Virus record (IMG/VR): IMGVR_UViG_3300031992_000012 | Coordinates: 96,001 to 160,000 of that record | Strand: one strand, 5' to 3' | DNA length: 64,000 bases | Origin: a virus | Lineage: Duplodnaviria > Caudoviricetes | In this document: piece by piece, positions 26,990-37,303 of the stretch | Layout of the letters: each line of letters starts with the position of its first letter | How positions within the stretch are numbered: the stretch's first letter is position 1 | Notes under the pieces: generated by a model | Seen by the model: the letters and a program-made list of their open reading frames with translations, nothing else | The model's database searches: none | What the model was told of the DNA's origin: nothing | Program-made: the position numbers and the translations under genes

Positions 26990-29284
26990 ATGAGTTATCA
27001 ACCTCCACAGACCAGGGTCTTCACAGAGTTTGCGGAATCGACAACTGTCACGGCTGCCGAACTGTCCGCCTGCCTTGTCGGCCCCTACTACGATGTCCAT
27101 GACAATGTGAAGCTGGGTTCCTACGCCTCCACGGCCACGACATATCCCTATGTCGACCTCGACGGCACGGATTCCATCGAGCCTAGCGACATGGCCAATG
27201 TCTTCACCTGCGTTCTTCGCAACGCCCAGGTCCAGGCTTACCGTAACATCACCTACTCCGACACGGAAGGAACTGCCGGATTCATCGGCTCGGACGGCAA
27301 GTCCCTGCTTACCGGCATGACCGTCGCCAACGGCGGCGGCGTTTCCGTCCCTGCTGGCTTCCCTGCACTGTCCATCGGCGACACCGTTCTTCGCTACGGT
27401 TCGGACAACGCTCTCAAGAGCACCAACACCGTGGCCGGCTTCCTTCCGGCTAACGCCACATCCTATGGAATAGGGCTCGCCAAGTTCGACACGGCCAACG
27501 AACATAGTGCCGGTGACATCACACTCGGCGGAACGCATACCTACACTTCCGACGCGGTCCTCGTCTTCACGATTACCGCCGGTGGCAAGATTGGCACCGA
27601 CAGCGTCAAGGCGTCCCTCAGCATCAACGGCGGCGCGGCCATCCAGACCAACATCACCTGCGGCACCAGCGCGGTCTCGCTCTCCGGTGCAACGGGTCTC
27701 ACAACCCTTACTGTCTCGTTCGCTACGAACGTCACCTGGACGACCGGCGACAAGATTTCCTTCGGCATCAGCGCCCCGACGAACTATACCTCCCCCAGCG
27801 ACATGGGCTACGGTGTCGTCGTCCTAACCAACGCCGAAACATCCATGGCCGAAGGCGACTATTTCGTCCTCTACTACAACGCGGGCGACATCGAGAACCC
27901 GACCGGCGCCACATTCGGCGCGGAAGGTCTTACGGTCACCGCTTCCCTTACATCTGGCGGTCTCTCGCTCTACTCTGGCACGTTCTACGCCACGTACCGC
28001 GTCCGCAAGCACGAGTTCACCGAGAAGGTCTACACGGTCGGCACCACGGCCGAACTCACAGGCATGATTGGTGCCCCGCACCCGTTGAACCCGTTGTCCA
28101 TGATGTGCAGCCTCGCGCTCGCCAACAGCAACGGCAGCTCCGTCACCTTCGTGGCGGTCGCGGACGACTCGGATAATGCTTACGCCAAGGCCTTTGAAAT
28201 CGTCGGGACGAACGGCAACGCCTGGGCCGTCACGCCCTACAGCGAATCCGTCACTGTCCAGCAGTACGCTTTCAACGCCGTCAAGGAATTCGGCAGCCCC
28301 GAGAACATGAACTGGAAGACCGCGTGGCTAGGCTACGACACGGAATCGCTCCAGACAGTCATGGCGACGCTTGCCGGCGAAGTCCATACCCCCGAATACT
28401 ACACGAACAGCGGCACGGAGTCCGCTGCCACGTCGAACCGCATCTACGTCAGCGCGGCCAGCTACGACATCACGGTCCTGAAGGCCGGCGACGTCATCCA
28501 GTACAACGGAAACACCTACACGGTCGTGAGCGTCTTCACGGCGGTCACCAACCCGTATATCCTCATCAACGCCCAGCTCGCCGTCGGCGCCATCAGCGGT
28601 GCCTCGGTCATCCGCCCTGTCAGCGCAGCCGACAAGGTGGCCGAGGTAAGCGCGTACGCGTCCTCGTTCAACAGCGAGCTCGTCCGTGTGTTCTACGGCG
28701 ACACGCCATACCTCACCGCCTTCCCGACCGCCGACTGCCCCATGAGCTATGTCGCGGCTGCCTGGGCTGGCAAGCGTTCGGGCGTTCCCCCGCACCAGAG
28801 CCTGACCCGTTCGACCATCGACGGAATCTCGTTCGCCGGCCTGTCCGGCTTCTCCACCTCGGAACTCAACGAGATGGGTGGCGCCGGTGTCTGGCTGACA
28901 ATCACGGACTCCACCGACGGTACGACCTATTGCCGTCATCAGTTGACAACCAAGAGCCAGACCGAGAACTACAACCTCAAGGAAGACTCCAAGATTGCCA
29001 ACGCGCATGAAATCAGCATGACGGTCCGTACGGCCCTGGACGTCTACTACGGCCGTGCCAACGTCGTCGACGCCGCGCTCGAACTTATCCGCCTGAAGTC
29101 CATCAGCGTCATCAACAACGTCCAGGCGCGTGCCTGGAGCGACCTGCTTGGCCCGCAGATTACGGAGCTGGAGAGCATCAGCGTCGAGAAGGACGCCAAC
29201 TACAGCGACCGCGTCAACGTCTACATCAACTGCGCGACGCCTGACCCGCTGAACAACCTCGACGTCTACCTGACAATCCGATAA
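26990..29284 (+). CDS. Tail sheath protein
   Basis: MSYQPPQTRVFTE N-terminus; AAAWAG...PPHQSLT; CRHQLTT; YYGRAN; DRVNV...PDPLNNLDVYL C-terminus. Confidence 0.88.
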   Translation: MSYQPPQTRVFTEFAESTTVTAAELSACLVGPYYDVHDNVKLGSYASTATTYPYVDLDGTDSIEPSDMANVFTCVLRNAQVQAYRNITYSDTEGTAGFIGSDGKSLLTGMTVANGGGVSVPAGFPALSIGDTVLRYGSDNALKSTNTVAGFLPANATSYGIGLAKFDTANEHSAGDITLGGTHTYTSDAVLVFTITAGGKIGTDSVKASLSINGGAAIQTNITCGTSAVSLSGATGLTTLTVSFATNVTWTTGDKISFGISAPTNYTSPSDMGYGVVVLTNAETSMAEGDYFVLYYNAGDIENPTGATFGAEGLTVTASLTSGGLSLYSGTFYATYRVRKHEFTEKVYTVGTTAELTGMIGAPHPLNPLSMMCSLALANSNGSSVTFVAVADDSDNAYAKAFEIVGTNGNAWAVTPYSESVTVQQYAFNAVKEFGSPENMNWKTAWLGYDTESLQTVMATLAGEVHTPEYYTNSGTESAATSNRIYVSAASYDITVLKAGDVIQYNGNTYTVVSVFTAVTNPYILINAQLAVGAISGASVIRPVSAADKVAEVSAYASSFNSELVRVFYGDTPYLTAFPTADCPMSYVAAAWAGKRSGVPPHQSLTRSTIDGISFAGLSGFSTSELNEMGGAGVWLTITDSTDGTTYCRHQLTTKSQTENYNLKEDSKIANAHEISMTVRTALDVYYGRANVVDAALELIRLKSISVINNVQARAWSDLLGPQITELESISVEKDANYSDRVNVYINCATPDPLNNLDVYLTIR

Positions 29285-29359
29285 CGGAGACAGGACGGCC
29301 AGAATAAACCGGCCGGGGCTTGAACAGGCTCCGGCCGAACACCAACGGAATAAGTAAAA

Positions 29360-29860
29360 ATGCCTGACAACACGTATTCTTCGATATTCGGAACATCGAC
29401 CACCCCGGTCGCCCTTTCCCTCGGCAAGCGTATCCTGACAATCGCCGGCGACAACAACACGTCATACAAGCTGGCTGTCAACAGCCTCCGCTACACCTTC
29501 TCCCGTACCATGACCCCCTACTACCCGCTGAACGCCGCCGATATCGGCAAGATTCTCGTCGCGGGCGAACCGGTCGGACAGCTCACGCTGACCTACCTCA
29601 TGGGCGTCGGCACGAATGTCACGGCTTTCCTGAAGAAGTTCAGCGACGTCTGCAGCATCGACAGCAACAGCATGTCGATTGACGTCGGCACGAACAGCGA
29701 CTGCGGCAACAACGCCACCAACACATTCAACGTCAACCAGAAGTTCACCTTCACCGGCATGCTGATTACCTCGGTGTCCGGCGATGTGACTCGTTCCGAA
29801 CGCGGTAACCTCTGCGTTGGCACGGTCACCATGTCGTTCATGGACATGGTAGCCCAGTAA
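29360..29860 (+). CDS. Tail tube protein
   Basis: 166-aa beta-rich ORF following the sheath; high codon bias. Confidence 0.7.
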   Translation: MPDNTYSSIFGTSTTPVALSLGKRILTIAGDNNTSYKLAVNSLRYTFSRTMTPYYPLNAADIGKILVAGEPVGQLTLTYLMGVGTNVTAFLKKFSDVCSIDSNSMSIDVGTNSDCGNNATNTFNVNQKFTFTGMLITSVSGDVTRSERGNLCVGTVTMSFMDMVAQ

Positions 29861-29995
29861 GCTTGTCATCTCACATTTGTATCTTCTTCCCGGCGGGTAT
29901 CACACCCCGCTGCAACCGAGGTGACAATCCCCCCGCCAGCGGTGGCTTTTCCTCCCTTTTCCCACCGCTGACGGGTTTTTCTTTAACGGAGCCTT

Positions 29996-32647
29996 ATGAA
30001 TACCACAGCAACAGCGAAACGCTTCTATCAGAACACAACGATGCTGGGCGGCTCACCGTCTGTTCCCGCCGCCATTGAGTTGGAATGTGTTGTCGTGGCG
30101 CAACTGACAGGGACGAACGGCTATGTCCTGAGACGCGCCGAGGGCCCCGTTGTCCCCCAGGGAGGACTTATAATCGGCGTGGACGGTTCTTCGCTCATGC
30201 CTTATGGAACAGGCGTGTCCACGACAGGAGTCCCTTACCCTCCGGGTACAAGGGTCAGGGTCGTGGAAGTCCCTATCGCCGCCGACGCAGGCTCGGTAGG
30301 GCGTTCAGGAGCGTTGCAGATTACCGGCGTGTGCAACGAGTCCCCGGCACCAAATACAAGCTTCTACCCGGTGTGGAAGATGGATGCGGATGGTCTTGAC
30401 ACTAGCGAGTATGACAACGCGCTATTTGGATACGCAGTCGCCGACAAAGTGGATCGACTGCGTGGAAAGCCGAGTGATTTGACCCCTGGAGACTGGGGCG
30501 TGTTCGGCTTTATGAAGAACAATATTTTTGTCGGCGGGTGCAGGACGTCAATTGAGGGGAGCCCCTACGCAGGACTGCACATGTACGCCGACGACTCCAC
30601 AGTGATATTCAACAAGGGTCTCAAGTATGTCGAGGACAGTCCCGCGTCCCGCAGGGCGGAGATACTTGACGTCGACGGCCGCTCCGTCGACATGGAGATG
30701 CTGGCCGACGACTTCATCGACGCCGCAGGCGTCTCAAGGGAAGCTCCAACGACACCTGCCATAGACGAAGCGTTCACCTCCCCGGCTGACACTGAAGTGA
30801 GACTGCCTGGAACGGAACTACCACGCTGGCATGAGGTTAATCTGCGTGGTGGCGCGGTTGGCGGAAAGATTTTACAACGCGTTGGAAAAAGGGAAAGCGA
30901 CACGCTCTCCCCGATAGTCACCGATTTCACAGGCAACGACGGCGTCTTCTATAAAGGTTCGATACACAGCCTTACCTTCTCCCGTTCCTTTGAACTTCCG
31001 CTTCTGGAATACACAAGGGAACTGGACAGCACCGAACCGGAAACGCCGGACGACACAGGGAACTCGCCCGACCCGGCCGGCTCGCTTGATTTCGAGGGGT
31101 ACGCGTCGCTATATGCAGATTTGCTGTATGAGCTTATGCGCGTGCGTTTTGCAGAACGCTACTGGGCGAAGCTGAGAAGACGCACAAAGGAGTGGACAGC
31201 CCTGGGACCCAAGGAAGTAGCGGAAAGAATGGCAAGGGCCATGACGAGAGACGCCCGTCTTCCAAAGATTGAAGACGGCGCCCCGGCCTATCAGGACGAC
31301 CTTGTTCCCGTGACCGACCCGCTTGTCGACGACGACCTGGAAATGCGTCTGGCAAGGCTTGAGTCCTACATTCACCTGTCGCAGACGGGCTCGCTAGTCC
31401 TGTCGGACTCCCGTGGTTCGGAAATAAGGCTGGAAGGGGGCAACATCACGATTTCCCCGGCTGTCGACATGAGGCTTGTCCCGGGACGCGACATGACCGT
31501 TCTCGCCCCACGGACACTGTCCATTACAGGCGGCAACCGTGTCGAGCTTAACGCTGACAGCGGGGAGTTGGACATACACGGAAACAAGAATGTCGTCGTG
31601 TCGGCGGAGGGCGTGCTTACGATGGAATCCCGCGACACGTCGAACGTCGCTTTTGCGGACTATGACAAGAGGAACGCAGGCGGTGGAGGTGTAATCATAC
31701 GTAGCGCGACAGGAACCCATGTCATAGGCGCCAGCGTCAGGCTTGCCGTACAGGGGCCGACGGACCGCGAGGAGGACGGCGTGACGCCTTTCGGCGGCGG
31801 CGCAATCATACTGGACGCCGGCGCATCGCCCCTTTGCCTGATGGGCGACAGCATAAGCGAGCACGCCGACAGGGACATCTGCATAGTGTCCGGCGCCAGC
31901 GGCTCGGGTATTGTAATCAACCCGTCCGGCACGACCGTGGCCGGTGATTCGTTCGTCGCATGCGTTGGCTCCGCCCTGTTCGGCGGTGAGGCCGAGATGC
32001 GCTGGATGAGCATTTCAACGGGTGGCGAGGTCAAGCCTGAGCTGTCTGTGTACACCGTGTCTCACAATGACAACAATGTGTCCGTAGGGGTAAAGGGCTC
32101 GATGGTCGTACGCAAGAATCTGGGCGTAGAGTCCATATCGGCGGTAAACGGCGTATACAAGACTCTTAGGGCCTTCACCGGCCGTGAACAGGAAAGTCTC
32201 TACATACCTCCAAAGCAGCGTTCGGTAGTAACGCAGAACATATCAATATATGCACAGTTGGATAACACGAATATATCGGTAGAGACACATGCCGCAGAGG
32301 CTGTCGACAACTGGTACACGACCTATGAGGACGACCCGCTGCTTACGGCGGACGGGGTGCGCCGGCTTGGAATATATTATCCTGACGCGGAAGGGTACAT
32401 GACCGACAAGTCGTTCTGGGTCACGTCTCGCTGGCAGCGTATGCTGAGGGCGTCCGGAGGTGACTCCTGGCAGCCTTCGGCGATACAGGACGAGGACGGA
32501 CGCATGATGCTGTACTTCCCCGGATACGAGATGTGGACTGATGATTCAAAGGGGTTTGTCCGTACATGGACAGTAGGCGCGGAGGAGCTAGACGCACCGT
32601 CCAGCCTTCAGGCCTCATGGACGATAAACTGCACACTTAATGCTTAG
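29996..32647 (+). CDS. Putative baseplate spike/hub (gp5/VgrG-like)
   Basis: N-terminal OB-fold-like (YPPGTRVRV); repetitive beta-helix region SYIHLSQTGSLVLSDSRGSEIRLEGGNITI. Confidence 0.6.
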   Translation: MNTTATAKRFYQNTTMLGGSPSVPAAIELECVVVAQLTGTNGYVLRRAEGPVVPQGGLIIGVDGSSLMPYGTGVSTTGVPYPPGTRVRVVEVPIAADAGSVGRSGALQITGVCNESPAPNTSFYPVWKMDADGLDTSEYDNALFGYAVADKVDRLRGKPSDLTPGDWGVFGFMKNNIFVGGCRTSIEGSPYAGLHMYADDSTVIFNKGLKYVEDSPASRRAEILDVDGRSVDMEMLADDFIDAAGVSREAPTTPAIDEAFTSPADTEVRLPGTELPRWHEVNLRGGAVGGKILQRVGKRESDTLSPIVTDFTGNDGVFYKGSIHSLTFSRSFELPLLEYTRELDSTEPETPDDTGNSPDPAGSLDFEGYASLYADLLYELMRVRFAERYWAKLRRRTKEWTALGPKEVAERMARAMTRDARLPKIEDGAPAYQDDLVPVTDPLVDDDLEMRLARLESYIHLSQTGSLVLSDSRGSEIRLEGGNITISPAVDMRLVPGRDMTVLAPRTLSITGGNRVELNADSGELDIHGNKNVVVSAEGVLTMESRDTSNVAFADYDKRNAGGGGVIIRSATGTHVIGASVRLAVQGPTDREEDGVTPFGGGAIILDAGASPLCLMGDSISEHADRDICIVSGASGSGIVINPSGTTVAGDSFVACVGSALFGGEAEMRWMSISTGGEVKPELSVYTVSHNDNNVSVGVKGSMVVRKNLGVESISAVNGVYKTLRAFTGREQESLYIPPKQRSVVTQNISIYAQLDNTNISVETHAAEAVDNWYTTYEDDPLLTADGVRRLGIYYPDAEGYMTDKSFWVTSRWQRMLRASGGDSWQPSAIQDEDGRMMLYFPGYEMWTDDSKGFVRTWTVGAEELDAPSSLQASWTINCTLNA

Positions 32648-32662
32648 AAAAGGAAAAGGAAG

Positions 32663-33199
32663 ATGACCGAGGAACGCAAGACGAACGAAGGAACAGAGAA
32701 CGAGACGAAGGACCAGTTCATCCGCCGTATAACAAGCGGTGGAATAACGGAAAAGGACATCCCGGACTCCGCCCGTGAAAACTGGACGAGAAGCGTGCTG
32801 GGCATGACGCCGTTCTCGCATTCCATGAGTATCATGGACGGTAGGATTCACGTGGTCTTCAGCGAGCCCTCGCCGGAGTTCCGCAACATCTACAGGCTTC
32901 TGTCAGGGCGTATTCCGAACGACATGTTCATGACGCTTACAGGGCTCTCGATACTGCTGTACCTACGTGAAATCAACGGCGAGTTCAACCTGTCGTTCGA
33001 GCCGCCCAGGGACCTGCTGAAATTGGCGCCCGCCATGCAGGGGACGCCCGAGGCAATCGCCGACATGGTGAACTTCCATTACAGCGACTGGTGCGCCAAA
33101 ATTCCCTCGGCGATAGCCCGCATGCTCCCGACGCTATGGGCGATGTACAGCAGCATGGTCGCCTGGTTCACAGAGAACGACATGCCTGATTCTTTTTAA
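32663..33199 (+). CDS. Tail assembly chaperone (gpG-like)
   Basis: Upstream of tape measure; ends TCT TTT TAA. Confidence 0.6.
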   Translation: MTEERKTNEGTENETKDQFIRRITSGGITEKDIPDSARENWTRSVLGMTPFSHSMSIMDGRIHVVFSEPSPEFRNIYRLLSGRIPNDMFMTLTGLSILLYLREINGEFNLSFEPPRDLLKLAPAMQGTPEAIADMVNFHYSDWCAKIPSAIARMLPTLWAMYSSMVAWFTENDMPDSF

Positions 33200-33489
33200 A
33201 CGGGCGCTGGTTCCGTCTTGCGTGCCGGGCGTCCAGGACGGGCGCCATTAACTACTCGAAGTGGAAAGGCACGGCACGGGACTATCAGCGGGAGCGCTAC
33301 ATATTCAATGACCTGGAGAGGGAGCTCGAAGCCACAAGCATTCGTGCGTTCCTCTCCGTTGGTGAACGGGAGCGGCTGCCCCTGGCCGAGACCGCAAGAG
33401 ACCTTGAGATGCCCTGGCTCCAGGAGAAGGGCGACGACAAGACAATCCTCCAGGACCTAGACGAGTTCCTGGAGAACGCAGAGAAATAA
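33193..33489 (+). CDS. -1 frameshift extension of the tail chaperone (gpGT-like), absent from the ORF track
   Basis: Open 98-codon frame FLNGRWFRLAC...MPWLQEKGDDKTILQDLDEFLENAEK* fills the gap exactly to the next ATG and has no 5' ATG. Confidence 0.7.
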   Translation, partial: FLNGRWFRLACRASRTGAINYSKWKGTARDYQRERYIFNDLERELEATSIRAFLSVGERERLPLAETARDLEMPWLQEKGDDKTILQDLDEFLENAEK

Positions 33490-36189
33490 ATGACACAAGA
33501 AGGATACAACGCATATACGCCCGCATGGGAGTCGTTCGAGAAGCTTTTCCCGATACTTGAGAACCTTGTCTCGTTTGGCTCCTACATGGCCGAGGGTTCA
33601 GATACTTTCTCGGGCATACCCAGGCTGGTGAATGCGTTCAAGTTCAACAGCGGTGTCCGCCCACTCTACGAAGGCGATTCACAGGCCATGAGCCAGCTTG
33701 TGAACATGTTCAACCAGAAAACGGCCACACCGTCCGCGACGCCTTTTGAATCCTTCGCCAGATCCGGTCTGGCCTACCTTGTCGACGGCAAGGCCAAGGC
33801 CGACGAGGCCGTAAGGAGCGTGGGGCGCATCACAGGCGCCGGGTACACGTCCTTCGCCAACCCCGGCTATACAATGGCTGAATCCTTCGGCACGTGGGAC
33901 AGGGGTCAGTATGGAGACCATACGGCGGCTCTTTCCCAGACGATGGCGGACGTGTACTTGTCCACGCCTGACGACAACGTGACGCGTGGTATGCGCCAGG
34001 CGTTGTTCGTAAGGCAGATGGGCGGCGACCAGACAGTCGTGCAGGCCAACGCCAAGGCTCGAATCCTGATGCGTGAAATGGGAATCGACGAGGGCTTCGA
34101 TGAACGCGACCCTGAAAAGTGGGCGCGCCTGGAGCGCGATTTCGACAATATCGTCGAAAGCAAGAGGAACGAGCGCCGTCGTGGCGCCGAGGACCAGCTT
34201 GTGTACGAGGAGACTGCCGGAACCCTGACACCCGAACGCCGCAACTTGCTCATGAAGCAGATTGCCGGAGAGACCGAGGAGGACAGGAAATACGACGAAT
34301 CGGCCAAGGCCCTGAAGGATTTCGTAACGACAATCAACGACGCAGGGAGGCACCTGTCGGAATTCACCGCAGCCGCCGCAGACTGGGGCAAGATGCTGAA
34401 GACAGACGCCGATACGGCCACAACGCGTGTCGGAAATCTTCTCGGTGTGGACGCGGCCCGTGCGTATACAGGCGCCGAATTCGGCTACATGACCCACATG
34501 ATGCAGAACGCCGCGCAGTTGAGCGGCAATTCCACCGAGCGCATAATGCAGCTCGCCGGAGTCGCCCAGCAGCAGTTGTCGGCAAACGGCTTGTCCGCCG
34601 AATCGTCGATGGCGATAGCGACGATAGCCTCGTTGTCGTCAACCTCCAGCGGAAGCCGGCGTACGACGCAAAATTCCCGTGAAGCTGCGGACATCGCCTC
34701 CTACGTCTCCCTGATGAAGTCAGACGCCGGGCAGCTTGCGCTGGGTGGATTCCAGGTGTTTGCGAGCAACTTCCGTGGTTCTCCGGAAGAGGCCGCGACA
34801 GCATATATGCAGCGTTTGGAGAACATGGGGGGGATAACGCTTGGAAATGTCCAGCGTCTCACGGGTGTGAGAGGAGGTCTCGACTTCTTCAACATGCAGG
34901 GGAACGGCGAATACGCCCAGCAATTGGTGGCGACGCATCCCGAGTTCCTGTCCACCATGAGGTCGATGGCCACGAGAAACACTATAATGACGGAGCTGCA
35001 GTCTCAATGGAATTTCACAGCCAACGGCAGACGGGTTAACGTACTGTCTGAAAGGAACAGGCTTGATAGCATGACCCAGTCCAGGGCAGGCGTATCCCTG
35101 GAGACCGTCATGAATTCCTGGACACCGGAACAACGCAAGGCAGCTCTGGGAGAGGAACTGGACCAGCAGATACGGCAGTTCGACGGCGCCTACAGGACAG
35201 CACTGGTTAATGTCAACCGTTCAGGCCACCTCGGACGGTCCTACCTTAATGCTTCGTCTGACATAACCCTCAACCTGCTGGACGAGCAGGTATCCCGGGA
35301 AACGGTTGCCAAGGTGCGGGAAGCGCAGGCGCGTTCGCGCATCCAGGCCGACTACACCTCCGGCGGTTTCGGACGGGTGCTGTACAATTCGATAATAAAC
35401 AACCCGGATGTCTCGCTCGGTTCACTGTTCTCAACGGCCACCGGCATGACACTTCAGGCGGACACGGTAAAGTTCCTGTCCGGAAACGGTTTCGGAAAGG
35501 AGGAGCGCAGGGCTCTGTCCGATGTCCTGTCGTCCAAGGAAGGAATCGAGAACAAGTATGACAAACTATTCGAGGGAAGCATCCACCGCTTCGACCAGCT
35601 CAGGAAAGAGGGTGTCCAGCTAGACAAGGCCATAGAAAGCTCCGGTCTCGGGAAGTTCGGCTTCGGGGTGAACGGGGAGAACCTGACCTTCAACGGGGCT
35701 GGGCTGGACGCGAGTCTCAAGGAATACGCCTACAAGGACAGGAAGCTCAAGGAAGACACCTCCGCCGAGCACAAGGAAATGGTGGAGAAGTGGTCGAAGG
35801 ACATAGACGCCGACCCTACAACCAGCCTTGGCAAAAGATACGACGTCGCCGAACGGCTCACGGTGTATGATGTCTTCAAGGAGAAGGTCAAGTACAAGGA
35901 CGTCTATAACGAAGAGCAGAAGAACGCCCTTCAAAAATACCAGGACGCCATATCCGGGACGGACGATGAAGACATCAAGCAAGCCGAGAGGACATTGAGA
36001 AACGTCTTCAAGGACGACAAGATGTGGAACGACGCCAGGGCCAAGAACCGCTCAGAGATGGGAATCCCCAACAACGGAGGCGCGTTCGAGCAAATCATGC
36101 TAGGTTACATGTCGAAGCTAATGCAGAAGCTCTTCGCCGGTGAGAACGACCCGATCTTCGTACAGTTCAAAGGCGAGGGAGGCAACTAA
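33490..36189 (+). CDS. Tape measure protein (putative)
   Basis: 899 aa, helical, A/G/S/M-rich; follows the chaperone pair. Confidence 0.7.
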   Translation: MTQEGYNAYTPAWESFEKLFPILENLVSFGSYMAEGSDTFSGIPRLVNAFKFNSGVRPLYEGDSQAMSQLVNMFNQKTATPSATPFESFARSGLAYLVDGKAKADEAVRSVGRITGAGYTSFANPGYTMAESFGTWDRGQYGDHTAALSQTMADVYLSTPDDNVTRGMRQALFVRQMGGDQTVVQANAKARILMREMGIDEGFDERDPEKWARLERDFDNIVESKRNERRRGAEDQLVYEETAGTLTPERRNLLMKQIAGETEEDRKYDESAKALKDFVTTINDAGRHLSEFTAAAADWGKMLKTDADTATTRVGNLLGVDAARAYTGAEFGYMTHMMQNAAQLSGNSTERIMQLAGVAQQQLSANGLSAESSMAIATIASLSSTSSGSRRTTQNSREAADIASYVSLMKSDAGQLALGGFQVFASNFRGSPEEAATAYMQRLENMGGITLGNVQRLTGVRGGLDFFNMQGNGEYAQQLVATHPEFLSTMRSMATRNTIMTELQSQWNFTANGRRVNVLSERNRLDSMTQSRAGVSLETVMNSWTPEQRKAALGEELDQQIRQFDGAYRTALVNVNRSGHLGRSYLNASSDITLNLLDEQVSRETVAKVREAQARSRIQADYTSGGFGRVLYNSIINNPDVSLGSLFSTATGMTLQADTVKFLSGNGFGKEERRALSDVLSSKEGIENKYDKLFEGSIHRFDQLRKEGVQLDKAIESSGLGKFGFGVNGENLTFNGAGLDASLKEYAYKDRKLKEDTSAEHKEMVEKWSKDIDADPTTSLGKRYDVAERLTVYDVFKEKVKYKDVYNEEQKNALQKYQDAISGTDDEDIKQAERTLRNVFKDDKMWNDARAKNRSEMGIPNNGGAFEQIMLGYMSKLMQKLFAGENDPIFVQFKGEGGN

Positions 36190-36674
36190 TGGAACATCTA
36201 TTCGATTTCGACTCGACCCCCGCAGCGGTGTACAACGGCGGGAACGGAATAAAGGGCCTCATCACCGTCAAGACCAACAGGAACGGCAACGACCCAGACG
36301 GAGGAAGCAACTTCCTTGTGGCAATCCTGTCGATAAACGGCGAGAAGGAGGCCAATGCGCAGATGACCGCCAACTTGAAGAACGAGGCCTACTACACGCT
36401 GTTCGGCGACAAGATGACTACCACCACGCTTACCTGCCTTGACATACCCGGCTATTGCGGGGCGGGGCATAAAATCAACCGCCTGTACAACGCCGTTCGT
36501 CTCATGGACAACGCCATAGCGTCGGGCAACCTTCCGAGCATCAAGGTAACATACGCCTCGGCAGGGCACTCCGGCACGGTGACAATAAAAGGCTATCTGA
36601 CGAAAATATCGTTCGGCATGGCGCAGCAGTACAACGGTTCTATGACCCTTACCATACAAGGATACGTTTCATGA
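36189..36674 (+). CDS. Tube-like baseplate/tail initiator protein
   Basis: YYTLFGDK...IKGYL beta protein after the tape measure. Confidence 0.5.
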   Translation: MEHLFDFDSTPAAVYNGGNGIKGLITVKTNRNGNDPDGGSNFLVAILSINGEKEANAQMTANLKNEAYYTLFGDKMTTTTLTCLDIPGYCGAGHKINRLYNAVRLMDNAIASGNLPSIKVTYASAGHSGTVTIKGYLTKISFGMAQQYNGSMTLTIQGYVS

Positions 36675-37303
36675 CCTACAACATCACATGGGGGCTGCTC
36701 CACGGGGCGGCGAACACGGGTGAACCTTGGGTGAGAGGATCGAGCTGTACGCCGGGCTTTCACGGGAGGGACGCAAAGGTGCGCGCCCTCTTCCCTGATT
36801 TGGACCCCAGCATCCGTGGGTGGCTTGTCGAGACGTTCGTGCAGGCCGCCCTTCTGTCGTCATGGCGGAAGGAGCTGCTGAAGCTTGACGGGCTTAACAC
36901 GTATTTCGACCCACTCAAAGGACCGCTGCTCCGCCTTTACCCGAGCCGCAAGGGGGTTTTCGTGGAACATCCTGCCGCCGAGCCTGGCGACATATTCATG
37001 CGCTCCGTCCGGTACGCCATAAACGGGCAGGGTCCGTACAGCGTCTCCTACACGCGCTCCGACGGCATGTCCGACACCGTCACGCTGGAGGAGAACGACG
37101 GCAAAATGCTGCTTCCGTTCTACGACGGGACAATAACGCTCCGTAACGCGGCCTCAGCCAAGGAGGACGGGGAGTTCCAGGTAACACTTGCCAGGCTTCC
37201 GTACTACCTGCCAGAGGACAAGCTTATGGAACGTCTTGGAACAAAGAATCTTCCAGAAGCAGCAGGTGCATTCTGCACAGAACTTCTCAGAGGACTTAAA
37301 TGA
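36671..37303 (+). CDS. Hypothetical tail/baseplate protein
   Basis: ATGA-coupled ORF. Confidence 0.7.
   Translation: MTYNITWGLLHGAANTGEPWVRGSSCTPGFHGRDAKVRALFPDLDPSIRGWLVETFVQAALLSSWRKELLKLDGLNTYFDPLKGPLLRLYPSRKGVFVEHPAAEPGDIFMRSVRYAINGQGPYSVSYTRSDGMSDTVTLEENDGKMLLPFYDGTITLRNAASAKEDGEFQVTLARLPYYLPEDKLMERLGTKNLPEAAGAFCTELLRGLK

Noticed and set aside
33195-33201. TTTAAAC canonical slippery heptamer
   Set aside because: It is phased in the -1 frame, not the chaperone's zero frame, so it cannot drive the G-to-GT shift as a tandem-slippage site.
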